DNA of 64,000 nucleotides from an uncultured bacterium (GTDB lineage Bacteria; Babelota; Babeliae; Babelales; RVW-14): NCBI GenBank assembly GCA_903825355.1, contig CAIKAH010000021.1, positions 9,273 to 73,272 of the forward strand, read 5' to 3'. Shown piece by piece: positions 55,101 to 64,000 of this stretch (position 1 is its first letter; each line of letters starts with the position of its first letter). The notes under the pieces were generated by a model. It saw only the letters and a program-made list of their open reading frames with translations, ran no database searches and was not told where the DNA came from. The position numbers and the translations under genes were made by a program.

Positions 55101-56306
55101 ATTGTTGCAGATGATGGACGAGAACTCGAAGAATTTGCATTAGAATATGGCTCAACGATATTTGTTGAAAATGAAGCGCTTGTTACTGTAAATCAAAAAA
55201 TAGCTGAGTGGGATGCTTTCAAAGTTATTATGACTGAAAAAGCTGGTACTGTTCAATATGTAGACTTGATTGAAAACGTAACCTATCAAGAGCAATTTGA
55301 TGAAGGTTCTACGCAAGCAAATAAAGTTATTCTTGAGCGTCGTGATGAAAAGCGCCAGGCATATATTGTTGTTTCAAGTGGAACAGAGTCAGAAGATATT
55401 CGTTATTATGTTCCAACAGGCGCTATTTTGATTGTCGAAGATGGTCAAGCGGTACTGCCTGGCGATGTAATAGCGAAGCTTCCTCGTGACGAAAAGCGTA
55501 CTAAAGATATTACCGGTGGCTTGCCACGTGTAGCAGAATTATTTGAAGCGCGTATTCCAAAAGATACCGCTATTCTTTCTGATGCTGACGGTGTTATTCG
55601 GTTTGGAGGGCTTCATCGTGGTCAACGTAGAATTACGGTAACAACTGATGAAGGTGAAGTATTTGAATATAGCGTGCCTCGTAGCAGACACTTAAATGTT
55701 GAAGACGGGGAGCGCGTAAAAGCAGGTGATGCACTTACTTCTGGTGTTCCAAACGTCCATGATATTTTACGAATTCTTGGTCCAGATGAAGTGCAAAAAT
55801 ACTTGGTTCGTGAAATTCAAGAAATTTACACGTTGCAAGGTGTTGATATCAATGACAAACATATCGAATTGATTGTTCGTCAAATGCTTCATAAAGTTCG
55901 TATTATTGATCCAGGGGAAACCAAGTTCGTAGCTGGTGATCGTGTGAACAGGTTCTTGTTTCAATCTGTCAACAAGCTTGTTGTACAGGAAGGGAAAAAA
56001 CCTGCTACCGCAAAACCAATTTTGATGGGTATAACCAAGGCATCTTTGGGTACAGAGAGCTTCCTTTCAGCGGCATCTTTCCAAGAAACTACACGTGTTC
56101 TGACAGAAGCTTCATTAGTTGGTCAGATTGACTATCTCTATGGGTTGAAAGAAAACGTGGTAATTGGTAAACTAATTCCCGCTGGTACTGGTGTTGGTAG
56201 TTTTAAGACCAAGTATATTGGGGAAGAGATATCAGTATTAGAACAGCAGGCACGAGCAGAAGAACAACTTGAAATTGGATTAGACACGATTTCTTTAATA
56301 AAATAG
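52191..56306 (+). CDS. rpoC: DNA-directed RNA polymerase beta' subunit
   Basis: ORF 52176..56306; ATG at 52191 (4 nt after the rpoB stop) gives MLERFREY... Zinc site [23 protein letters not shown], catalytic [20 protein letters not shown], and [13 protein letters not shown] trigger-loop region. Confidence 0.98.
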
Positions 56307-56313
56307 TCACTAA

Positions 56314-56389
56314 AGGCGCGTAGCTCAGTTGGCAGAGCATCACTTTGACGTAGTGAGGGTCAGCGGTTCGAATCCGCTCGCGCCTACCA
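56314..56389 (+). tRNA. tRNA-Val (GAC), CCA encoded
   Basis: Acceptor AGGCGCG/CGCGCCT, D arm GCTC-AGTTGGCA-GAGC, anticodon arm TCACT-TTGACGT-AGTGA, T arm AGCGG-TTCGAAT-CCGCT. Confidence 0.9.
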
Positions 56390-56412
56390 TAAACCAAAAC
56401 GTAAGGGATTTC

Positions 56413-56685
56413 ATGATCCGTAATGATGTAAAACAAAAATTGATCAAAACATTTGGTAAGTCACCAAATGATGTTGGTTCTTGTGAAGTACAAATTGCTG
56501 TGCTCTCTGAGCGTATCAAGCAAATTTCTAACCATTTAAAAGCAGCTAAGAAAGATTTCTCTTCGCTGCGAGGGTTAATGATTTTGATTGGTAAACGCCG
56601 TGCTTTTTTCAAGTACCTGAAAAAAAATGATGAAGTTAGCTACAATAATGTGATGACACAACTCAAATCACACGAATTGATTTAA
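56413..56685 (+). CDS. rpsO: 30S ribosomal protein S15
   Basis: ORF 56329..56685 overlaps the tRNA-Val; ATG at 56413 gives 90 aa: GSCEVQIAVLSERIKQISNHLKAAKKDFSSLRGLMILIGKRRAFFKYLKK. Confidence 0.95.
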   Translation: MIRNDVKQKLIKTFGKSPNDVGSCEVQIAVLSERIKQISNHLKAAKKDFSSLRGLMILIGKRRAFFKYLKKNDEVSYNNVMTQLKSHELI

Positions 56686-56686
56686 T

Positions 56687-58780
56687 ATGCAAAAAGTATT
56701 TCGTTTTGCGGACCAGGGCATCGAGGTAGAAATTGGCCGGTATGCACGCCAGGCTGATGGTGCAGTATGGATAAAAGCTGGTGATAATATTGTATTGTGT
56801 AGCGCTGTAGCAACGAAAGAAGTAAAGGCTATTCAAGGATTTTTTCCGCTTACTGTTGAATACCGCGAGCGTACTTCTGCTGCTGGTAGAATACCGGGTG
56901 GTTATTTTAAACGGGAAGGCAAACTCAGTGATTTTGAAGTATTGACTTCTCGAGTAATTGACCGTCCTATCAGACCTCTGTTTCCTTCGACGTATTTTAA
57001 CGAAGTACAAGTTCTTGCAACAGTCTATTCTGCGGATGGTAAATTTCCAACCAGTGTTCTTGCTCTCCTCGGTTCTTCTCTTGCATTAACCATATCGCCC
57101 TTGCCATTTTTGGGTCCTGTTGGCGCAGTGCAAGCAGCGCGTGTGGATGGTGCTTGGAAATTTAATCCAACTTTTGAAGAAATTAGTGCGTCAGATGCTG
57201 ATATTATGATTGCAGGTACTAAAAATGGTATTTGTATGGTGGAAGGCCATTGTAATAATATAAGCGAGCAAACATTAATTGATTTGTTGTTTAGTGCTCA
57301 CGAAGAAGTGAAAAAACAAGTAGCTTGGCAAGAAGAAGTTGCTCGTGAGTTGGGGGTTGTTAAGGATAGCACTCCTGAATCGATTGACTGGGCCGCTTGG
57401 AAAGCAAATGTTAAAGCCGCGCTACCTACTGATTTTGCAGAAAAGATTTTTGCAGCAAGTAAATCAGAACGTGGTGATGGTTTTGATGCTATTAAAAAAG
57501 ATGTAATGGCTAAATTTGAAACACAAATAGAGGCTGGCGAGATTAGTGGTCCTGTATTAGGTTTTATTTTTGAGTCTATTATTAAAGAAACATTACCAGA
57601 CGTTCTTGCTGCTAAAAAAGTGCGTGTTGATGGACGAGGATTTAATGAAATTCGTCCAATTCAGGTTGATATCGCGCCTGTGCCGTGTTCACATGGTTCT
57701 GCTGTATTTCAACGTGGAGAAACGCAAGTATTAGCCAGTGTAACGCTTGGCACAGGACAAGATGCACAAAAAATAGATTCACTTATTGCAGGGCAGCAAG
57801 AGCGTGAGTTTATGTTGCACTACAACTTTCTTCCTTTTTCAACCGGTGAAGTAAAACCACTTCGCGGCGCAGGGCGTCGTGAAATTGGTCATGGTTATTT
57901 GGCCGAAAGTTCATTTATCAATGTACTACCCAAAAAAGATACTTTTCCATACGTAATTCGCTCTCTTTGTGATGTCCTTGAATCTAATGGTTCGTCATCA
58001 ATGGCAAGTGTATGTGCTACAACGCTTGCTCTTATGGATGCTGGTGTGCCTATCACAGAAATGGTTGGTGGTATTGCTATGGGGCTGGTACGCGACTCTA
58101 AAGACAATTTACATATTTTGACCGATATTTTGGGTATGGAAGATGCATTTGGTCTTATGGATTTTAAAGTAGTTGGTTCTGAGCGTGGTATTGTTGCCTT
58201 TCAGCTTGATATAAAAGACAAAGTTGGCCTTTCTCGCGAACTGTTTGTTGAAGCATTGGAGCAGGCACGGAAAGCTCGTTTACATATTCTTGGCGAAATG
58301 AAAAAGGGCTTATCCGCTCCGCGTCCTGAATTATCGAGCCGTGCTCCACGTGTTAATTCATTTAAAATTCCATCAGATAAGATTGGTTTGGTTATCGGGC
58401 CCGGCGGCAAAAATATTAAAGAAATTATTGCTACTACTGGTACGCAAATTGATATTGAAGATGATGGTACCGTTAAAATTTACTCCAAAACAGGAGATAC
58501 AGCAGCGGAAGCTGAAAACTGGATCAGAACGCTTTGTGGAGACATTGAAATTGGTGCTATGTTTAACGGCACAGTTAAGCGCGTTGCTGATTTTGGTTTG
58601 ATTGTGGAGTTGGTTATGGGCAAAGAGGGAATGGTGCACATTTCGACTATTGCTCGCAATAAGCAAAATGATCTGCATAAATTAGTTAAACTTAATGACC
58701 GCCTGATGGTTAAAGTTATTGCCCAAGACAGAGAAACAGGTCGGTTGAAGCTTGTAGCTCCTGAGCTTGAGAAACCATAA
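56687..58780 (+). CDS. pnp: polyribonucleotide nucleotidyltransferase (PNPase)
   Basis: 697 aa. Two RNase PH domains (FPLTVEYRERTSAAGRIPGGYFKREG; RVDGRGFNEIRPI), then KH (IGLVIGPGGKNIKEI) and S1 (GTVKRVADFGLIVEL..GKEGMVHIS). Confidence 0.97.
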   Translation: MQKVFRFADQGIEVEIGRYARQADGAVWIKAGDNIVLCSAVATKEVKAIQGFFPLTVEYRERTSAAGRIPGGYFKREGKLSDFEVLTSRVIDRPIRPLFPSTYFNEVQVLATVYSADGKFPTSVLALLGSSLALTISPLPFLGPVGAVQAARVDGAWKFNPTFEEISASDADIMIAGTKNGICMVEGHCNNISEQTLIDLLFSAHEEVKKQVAWQEEVARELGVVKDSTPESIDWAAWKANVKAALPTDFAEKIFAASKSERGDGFDAIKKDVMAKFETQIEAGEISGPVLGFIFESIIKETLPDVLAAKKVRVDGRGFNEIRPIQVDIAPVPCSHGSAVFQRGETQVLASVTLGTGQDAQKIDSLIAGQQEREFMLHYNFLPFSTGEVKPLRGAGRREIGHGYLAESSFINVLPKKDTFPYVIRSLCDVLESNGSSSMASVCATTLALMDAGVPITEMVGGIAMGLVRDSKDNLHILTDILGMEDAFGLMDFKVVGSERGIVAFQLDIKDKVGLSRELFVEALEQARKARLHILGEMKKGLSAPRPELSSRAPRVNSFKIPSDKIGLVIGPGGKNIKEIIATTGTQIDIEDDGTVKIYSKTGDTAAEAENWIRTLCGDIEIGAMFNGTVKRVADFGLIVELVMGKEGMVHISTIARNKQNDLHKLVKLNDRLMVKVIAQDRETGRLKLVAPELEKP

Positions 58781-58787
58781 GGTTGCT

Positions 58788-59612
58788 GTGTCTTTTAAAA
58801 GAATTGATAATCGTCTTGCAACGGAAGTCCGCCCTGTTCGAATAACACTTGATGCTTATGGATATGCGCAGGCTTCTGTTTTTTATGAGCAAGGCAATAC
58901 AAAAGTCTTATGTGGTGTTACGCTCCAACCGGGCGTACCACCATTTCTTAAAGGGCAACGTGTTGGCTGGTTAAGCGCTGAATACGCCATGTTGCCTACA
59001 GCAACGCACCAGCGTACGCAACGTGATGGTTCTCAATCGCAACGTAATGCTCGCAGTGTTGAAATTTCTCGTCTTATTGGACGATGTTTAAGGCCAGTGG
59101 TTGATCTTGCTGCTATTGGAGAGCGCACTATTATTATTGATTGTGATGTGTTGCAGGCTGATGGAAGTACTCGTGTTGCTTGTATTACCGCAGCAAGCAT
59201 AGCTCTTCAGGTTGCAGGAAAGCGCTGGGCGCAGCGCAAAATTTTTGATAAAAATGTGGCGGGGATGCAAGTAGCTGCTGTTTCAGTTGGGGTTATTGAT
59301 GGTGAAGTCTGTGCAGATCTTTCGTACGAAGAAGATGCTCGAGGGGACGCTGATTTTAATATTATTCTTACGGAACATGGCGATATTATTGAGATTCAGG
59401 GAACGGCAGAAAACGCTCCATTAAGTTGGGATAATTTTGGGGTTGTAAGAACAACTGCACAAGCAGCAATCAAAAATATTTTGTTGGCGATTGCTGAACA
59501 AATGCCGCAGAATATTGCAATGACTAATCCACAACTTAAGAATGCACAGCCTCGGGCTACCAAAGAAGAAAAACAACCTATTTTTAGTCTTGCAAATCGT
59601 TTAGCCAAGTAG
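58788..59612 (+). CDS. rph: ribonuclease PH with ~35-aa C-terminal extension
   Basis: ORF 58767..59612; in-frame GTG at 58788 avoids overlap with pnp. Motifs RPVRITLD...QASVFYEQGNTKVLCGVT, WLSAEYAMLP.AT..R, RSVEISRLIGR.LR, IDCDVLQADGSTRVA.ITAA, EIQGTAE. Confidence 0.9.
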   Translation: MSFKRIDNRLATEVRPVRITLDAYGYAQASVFYEQGNTKVLCGVTLQPGVPPFLKGQRVGWLSAEYAMLPTATHQRTQRDGSQSQRNARSVEISRLIGRCLRPVVDLAAIGERTIIIDCDVLQADGSTRVACITAASIALQVAGKRWAQRKIFDKNVAGMQVAAVSVGVIDGEVCADLSYEEDARGDADFNIILTEHGDIIEIQGTAENAPLSWDNFGVVRTTAQAAIKNILLAIAEQMPQNIAMTNPQLKNAQPRATKEEKQPIFSLANRLAK

Positions 59613-59617
59613 TTTGT

Positions 59618-60124
59618 ATGCAAGCAAGATTTCTGTTGCTGCATTCGATTATGCTGCTCTGTTTATCAAGTTGTTCACGACAGCATGTTGTATCCGTTTC
59701 TACTCCAATATTTATTAATTTTCCTATTAATACGCATATATTTGATAATATAGCGCCTATGATGTATGAAGCATTGCATCAACAGTTAATGCGTACGGGA
59801 TTTGCTGTAGTAGACGAGCCAAAACATGCTTATCGTTTAATTATTGAGATTAAGTCCCTAGAGCCATTCCAGAAAAATATATCTCCTGATATTGTATTGC
59901 TGTCTTATAGGGTGCGTATGGAGTATAATATCAAGGTATTGAACTATGCTGGCGCAGTAGTTTTTAATCGACCTGACTCGTGTGCAATTTTGATTTCTAA
60001 ACCAAGAAATTCTATGCTGAATGATACCTTTATATATTCGACGTATCAGATACTTGCCACTCGTGCAGCAAGGCTTATTCAACAACAGTTAATTGTTAAT
60101 ATTAAGCATATCTTTAGCCCCTAA
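59618..60124 (+). CDS. lptE: lipoprotein, probable LPS-assembly lipoprotein LptE
   Basis: 168 aa. Lipobox MQARFLLLHSIMLLCLSS-C. Located immediately upstream of holA, as in the E. coli leuS-lptE-holA arrangement. Sequence similarity to LptE is only weak by eye. Confidence 0.5.
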   Translation: MQARFLLLHSIMLLCLSSCSRQHVVSVSTPIFINFPINTHIFDNIAPMMYEALHQQLMRTGFAVVDEPKHAYRLIIEIKSLEPFQKNISPDIVLLSYRVRMEYNIKVLNYAGAVVFNRPDSCAILISKPRNSMLNDTFIYSTYQILATRAARLIQQQLIVNIKHIFSP

Positions 60125-60139
60125 GTATCAAAGTGTTCT

Positions 60140-61117
60140 ATGGATTTAAAACAATTTCTTTCGTTAGCAGGAAGTAGTACTTTTTGGCAACAACGGCAAA
60201 CGCTTTGTTTTACAGGAAGTGAATATCCATCGGCTTTTTTAAACGCTGTTTTTAGAAGACTTGAGACGAATAAACTAATAGTACCTAAATTGCAACGAGT
60301 AGTATTTAGTTGTCGCGATAAGCGTGAAATATATGGTCTACTGGGCCAATCAATGCTTGGTTCGCAATCATTTTTTATGCTGGGAAATATTAGTGATGAG
60401 CGAGAGTCGAAAGCCGCTACCGCCTTTAAGAAGTATGCATGCTCTTATCAGGGTCCTCATAGTCTTGCTTTTTTTATAGTGACTGCCGATCTTCCTACAC
60501 AGCCAAACGCGATGGTTATTCAAGTTCCAACCATGCTTGATCAGTCTGAATTTATCTTGTTAGCTCGTTGGCTGGGGTATGAAGATATTGAAAAAAAAGT
60601 AGAAATATTTGATAAGCTTTTTTCTCTCTCTAAGCTACCTTTGCAAGAATGTATTTCGCTTATTGATTATGTTGCACTTGGAAGCCTCAAGTATAAAGAA
60701 GCATTAAGTGTTTATTTACAATCCCTGTATGCACCAGAAGCAAACTTGCAACGACTATCAGAATGCTTTTTTGCTAAACGTGAAGGAGAGTTTTTTTCAC
60801 TGTGGCATAAAGTATACCAAGACTACCCACCTATATTTTGGGTGCTTTTTTGGTCAGAGCAGCTTTGGCGTGCAATACATGTTGTTAAATTCATGCAACA
60901 AAAACAATTTGTGCTTGCTAAAAAAATGAGCTTTCGTTTACCGTATAATTTTATTAATAAAGATTGGCAACGGGTACAAATTAATGAGTTGATACAGGGA
61001 TATGAATTTTTATATCAAATAGATTATGCGATTAAAACCGGTTCAACGTTTTGCAGTCAAGACTTGTTTTTCGCGCATTATTTTGCTGGATTATTTGCAA
61101 AAGAAGGCACTCTATGA
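60140..61117 (+). CDS. holA: probable DNA polymerase III delta subunit
   Basis: 325 aa. Size and position after the lptE-like gene fit. C-terminal helical region with the L....D..IK.G pattern (FLYQIDYAIKTGS). Call based on weak similarity and synteny. Confidence 0.55.
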   Translation: MDLKQFLSLAGSSTFWQQRQTLCFTGSEYPSAFLNAVFRRLETNKLIVPKLQRVVFSCRDKREIYGLLGQSMLGSQSFFMLGNISDERESKAATAFKKYACSYQGPHSLAFFIVTADLPTQPNAMVIQVPTMLDQSEFILLARWLGYEDIEKKVEIFDKLFSLSKLPLQECISLIDYVALGSLKYKEALSVYLQSLYAPEANLQRLSECFFAKREGEFFSLWHKVYQDYPPIFWVLFWSEQLWRAIHVVKFMQQKQFVLAKKMSFRLPYNFINKDWQRVQINELIQGYEFLYQIDYAIKTGSTFCSQDLFFAHYFAGLFAKEGTL

Positions 61118-61377
61118 CTCTTTATGATTTACTAACCCGTGAAATTAAACGCATGGCGGCAGGTATTGGCTATCATAATAAAGGAAATATTCATCCATTG
61201 ATTATGAATGAAATTGAAAAATATATTATTCAAATCGTTCTGCAGGAGACAAATTATAATTATTTAGCTGCTTCAAAAATGCTGGGTATTGGTAGGAGCA
61301 CTTTATATCGCAAAATTGAGATATTAGGAATCATTCATCCTGATAAAGATGAAAAAAATTCTTCGCATTTATGGTAG
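61114..61377 (+). CDS. Fis-family small HTH DNA-binding protein
   Basis: ORF 61051..61377; ATG at 61114 forms an ATGA overlap with the holA stop. 87 aa with C-terminal HTH NYNYLAASKMLGIGRSTLYRKIEILGI, typical of the Fis/NtrC HTH_8 type. Confidence 0.75.
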   Translation: MTLYDLLTREIKRMAAGIGYHNKGNIHPLIMNEIEKYIIQIVLQETNYNYLAASKMLGIGRSTLYRKIEILGIIHPDKDEKNSSHLW

Positions 61378-61392
61378 AATATAAGGATCGAA

Positions 61393-63618
61393 ATGCGCTA
61401 TTTTTTTTCTATAAAAAGCAGTCTAGTAGTGCTGTACTGTATGTATGTTTCTTTTTTATGTGGAGAATCCGTAATGCATCAACTTGATTCAGCCCCGGAG
61501 CATATTGAGACGTTCAAAGAGATTGCTGTTACGTATGATGAGAAGTTACCAGCGGCATTGAATGGTCTTCAGTCAGCAGAACGAGTATTTGTATACTATC
61601 TCTTTCGTGCAAGCTTACCTGGTAATCGCATTTGTACTGACCAGATGCATAAAGATGGGCTTACTGTTCAACATATCTTTCAGACCATTTTCGATCATGA
61701 AGCTACCCTGTTAGCGCGTTCTAAACAAAAAAATTCAGCTTTAGGAGCATTAAATGTTCCTAAATTTATGCAAGAGGTAAAAACTTATTTGGTGTATCTA
61801 TGGGCTAATCATGGGCAGTACTTTGAGCGTGAACATGCTGATGAAAAACGGACGCCTGCACGGCTTGGGTTACACCTATTATCAAAAGAGCATATTACTA
61901 AAGTGCTTACGGTTTTAGACGAAAAAGGATTAGCAGAACAGGTAGAAGAGCTGGCCGCAGTGATTTTTGATCATACGTATCAGCCTACGGGGACTGTGCC
62001 AAATAGTATTGAAAAGAGTGCTCGCAATTTTTATGCCCCTGGATTTACTGAACGTGATTATCAGGCATTACCCATTGAAAGTAGGGCTGCCTTAAACACG
62101 TATGGTACCCTTGAAACAACGCGCGATGGCATTAAGATGCCAAGGGTAGTGCCTTATGCGGTGCATGGCAAATATGGGCAAGAACTTGCCGTATCGGCCT
62201 ACTGGTTGCAAAAAGCTTATGAACATGCAGCAAAACATCCAGCTTTATTTGATGAACATTTAATTAAAAGCTTGGAGTATATTATTGTGTTTGTGCAGAC
62301 CGGGGATGAAGAATATTTTAAAAAACATTCTATTGAATGGCTAAAAACTAAAAGCAATGTTGATTATTGTTTTGGCTTTATTGAAACTTATGATGATCCA
62401 AAAAACCAGCGAGGCTCATTTCAGGCTGAAGCTACTGTAAGAACTATTACCCTTGATAGTTTGAGTGCTATTTTGCCATCAATTGAAAAACAGTTGCCCG
62501 TCGATACAGCATTTAAGCGCGATCTTTCTGCTAAAGATGTAGCATTGCCGAATGCATCAATCAATACAAAAATTTTTGGTACGGGTCATCTTGGGCCTGT
62601 TAAAAATACCGCGGCATACTGCTTGCCAAACTACGAAGAAATTCGCGCTGCCTATGGCTCAAAACAAGTTATTTATCCATCGGGTAAAGGCCTTGGGGCC
62701 ATGATTAACCCGTATCTGAGCAGACGCCTCTTCTTTACAAAAGCACAGGCAGATTGGCTTGATGAGCATGATCAAGATCGTACTTTTTTGCATGATTTGT
62801 GGGATGTGCATTGTATTCTGCACGAAACGCTTGGGCATGGTAGTGGTAGGCTTGCTTATCATACCTGTACAGCAGAAGAGCTACAGATGCGCCATGATAC
62901 TGCTCATAAAGTGGGCGATGTTATTCCGGTGACATCAGATAATCTGGCTGATTTTCTCGTTGGCTATGATGCAGCAATAGAAGAGTTACGTGCAGAAATT
63001 ATTGCATTATACGTAAGTATTACGCATTTGAGTGAGCTTGTTGAGCGTGGTTTATTAACCGACTGGTACAATCGTATTGGTAGGGTGAAATTAGAAAAAT
63101 GGCTTATGTACCATATGCTCGAAACAGGGCTGATGAGATGGCAACTCCAGCAAGACTCTTCAACTGAAATTAGCGGTGATCATGCGCGAGCAAATGTAAC
63201 TATAACTAATTATGTTATTGAAGCCGGCGGTGCGCGCATTGTTGAAGAACAATTTGAACACGAAGGTAAAGAGTATACGGTGATTGCACTAGAAGTGACT
63301 GATATGACAAAGGCCATGAAAGCGGTAGAAAAACTATTGGCAGAGGTACAACGCATCAAATCTACTGGTGATGGGGTTGCTGCTAAAAAATTGATTGAAA
63401 CTTACGGCATTCCGATTAAAAATATGAATCAGTTTAGGCAGTTGCGCGCCAACAATAAAACGGTGGTTGGTGACTTAAAATGCAAAGTTGATATCTATCC
63501 ACACCTCGAGCCAGTGCGTAATGAGGCCGGCGAGATAGTTGATATTAGCGCTACATGGCCGATCAATATTTTTGAGCAGTGGAAAGAGTTTAATCGTTTA
63601 GTGCTTTCCGTTACCTAA
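61393..63618 (+). CDS. peptidase family M49 (dipeptidyl-peptidase III-like) zinc metallopeptidase with N-terminal signal/anchor
   Basis: 741 aa. Hydrophobic N-terminus SSLVVLYCMYVSFLCG. M49 hexxGH-type motif HETLGHGSG and second zinc motif EELRAE. Confidence 0.85.
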   Translation: MRYFFSIKSSLVVLYCMYVSFLCGESVMHQLDSAPEHIETFKEIAVTYDEKLPAALNGLQSAERVFVYYLFRASLPGNRICTDQMHKDGLTVQHIFQTIFDHEATLLARSKQKNSALGALNVPKFMQEVKTYLVYLWANHGQYFEREHADEKRTPARLGLHLLSKEHITKVLTVLDEKGLAEQVEELAAVIFDHTYQPTGTVPNSIEKSARNFYAPGFTERDYQALPIESRAALNTYGTLETTRDGIKMPRVVPYAVHGKYGQELAVSAYWLQKAYEHAAKHPALFDEHLIKSLEYIIVFVQTGDEEYFKKHSIEWLKTKSNVDYCFGFIETYDDPKNQRGSFQAEATVRTITLDSLSAILPSIEKQLPVDTAFKRDLSAKDVALPNASINTKIFGTGHLGPVKNTAAYCLPNYEEIRAAYGSKQVIYPSGKGLGAMINPYLSRRLFFTKAQADWLDEHDQDRTFLHDLWDVHCILHETLGHGSGRLAYHTCTAEELQMRHDTAHKVGDVIPVTSDNLADFLVGYDAAIEELRAEIIALYVSITHLSELVERGLLTDWYNRIGRVKLEKWLMYHMLETGLMRWQLQQDSSTEISGDHARANVTITNYVIEAGGARIVEEQFEHEGKEYTVIALEVTDMTKAMKAVEKLLAEVQRIKSTGDGVAAKKLIETYGIPIKNMNQFRQLRANNKTVVGDLKCKVDIYPHLEPVRNEAGEIVDISATWPINIFEQWKEFNRLVLSVT

Positions 63619-63641
63619 GCATTTAGCAACAAGGAATTGCT

Positions 63642-64000
63642 GTGCTTATTGCCTCACGTTTTAAAAGGCGACAGATGTTATTAACCTTCATGATGATTGG
63701 TGCCAGCTACATGGCTTTTGATTATTTTAAACCCATTAACTACACAGCCGATAAGTGGGTGATTTTTGATTTTGATGGAACGATTGCAGATACTCTTCCG
63801 GTCATGATGATGGTAGTAAATGAACTGCAGCCGGCGTATGGTTACAAGTCTGTTAGGCAAGAAGAAATAGAAGCATTACGTACCATGACGGCAAAAGAAT
63901 TAATCGAACAGCGGCTTGGCTTGTCTTGGTGGCAATTACCCTTATTGCAGTATCGTTTTCGTAAAGCAGTACAAAAGCATTTACCGGCTATTCAGCTGAA
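63642..64000 (+). CDS. HAD-superfamily hydrolase (phosphoglycolate phosphatase-like), 3' end beyond window
   Basis: Open frame from GTG 63642 / ATG 63675 to the window end (not in the ORF track). N-terminal TM segment MLLTFMMIGASYMAF, then canonical HAD motif I VIFDFDGTIADT. Confidence 0.75.
   Translation, partial: MLIASRFKRRQMLLTFMMIGASYMAFDYFKPINYTADKWVIFDFDGTIADTLPVMMMVVNELQPAYGYKSVRQEEIEALRTMTAKELIEQRLGLSWWQLPLLQYRFRKAVQKHLPAIQL

Noticed and set aside
56329-56412. N-terminal 28-codon extension of the rpsO ORF
   Set aside because: The extension is the tRNA-Val(GAC) gene read as protein. The canonical S15 start is the ATG at 56413.

Overview
This is a 64-kb chromosomal segment from a moderately AT-rich diderm (Gram-negative) bacterium. 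GC content was judged by eye only, and the lineage cannot be named from sequence alone. Envelope genes present are kdsB, an lptE-like lipoprotein, a porin-like OMP, murA and glmS.

The housekeeping backbone comprises:
- tRNA(Tyr-Gly-Thr-Thr)-rpmG-tRNA(Trp)-secE-nusG-rplK-rplA-rplJ-rplL-rpoB-rpoC-tRNA(Val)-rpsO-pnp-rph
- lptE-like-holA-fis-like
- scattered genes gyrB, mnmG, sufB-sufD, radA, tdk, atpG, tadA, a dksA-like gene, rpsI, tsaE and phr

Four accessory islands interrupt this backbone. They encode 16 proteins with Sec-type signal peptides and no recognisable domain. At least three tandem paralog families can be seen among them (3166-6822; 14086-17748; 28183-30325 plus 33644-34279). There is also a 906-aa membrane-anchored repeat protein and a secreted protein whose C-terminus looks like a polymorphic-toxin RNase module. 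This pattern suggests a host-associated or intracellular lifestyle, which is inference.

The most notable observations are:
- an eight-cysteine, zinc-ribbon-like insertion of about 63 aa in the N-terminal part of RpoB
- the signal-peptide toxin-like protein, which has no adjacent immunity gene
- an Arg/Ser (SR-like) tail on one secreted paralog
- a three-copy palindromic intergenic repeat family
- MurA with Asp in place of the fosfomycin-target Cys
- broken operon contexts: sufBD without sufC, atpG alone, rpsI without rplM, and no tuf in the tRNA-secE cluster

I saw no rRNA, CRISPR array, transposase, integrase or phage genes. All calls rest on manual reading of the sequence and the supplied ORF track; no searches were run.
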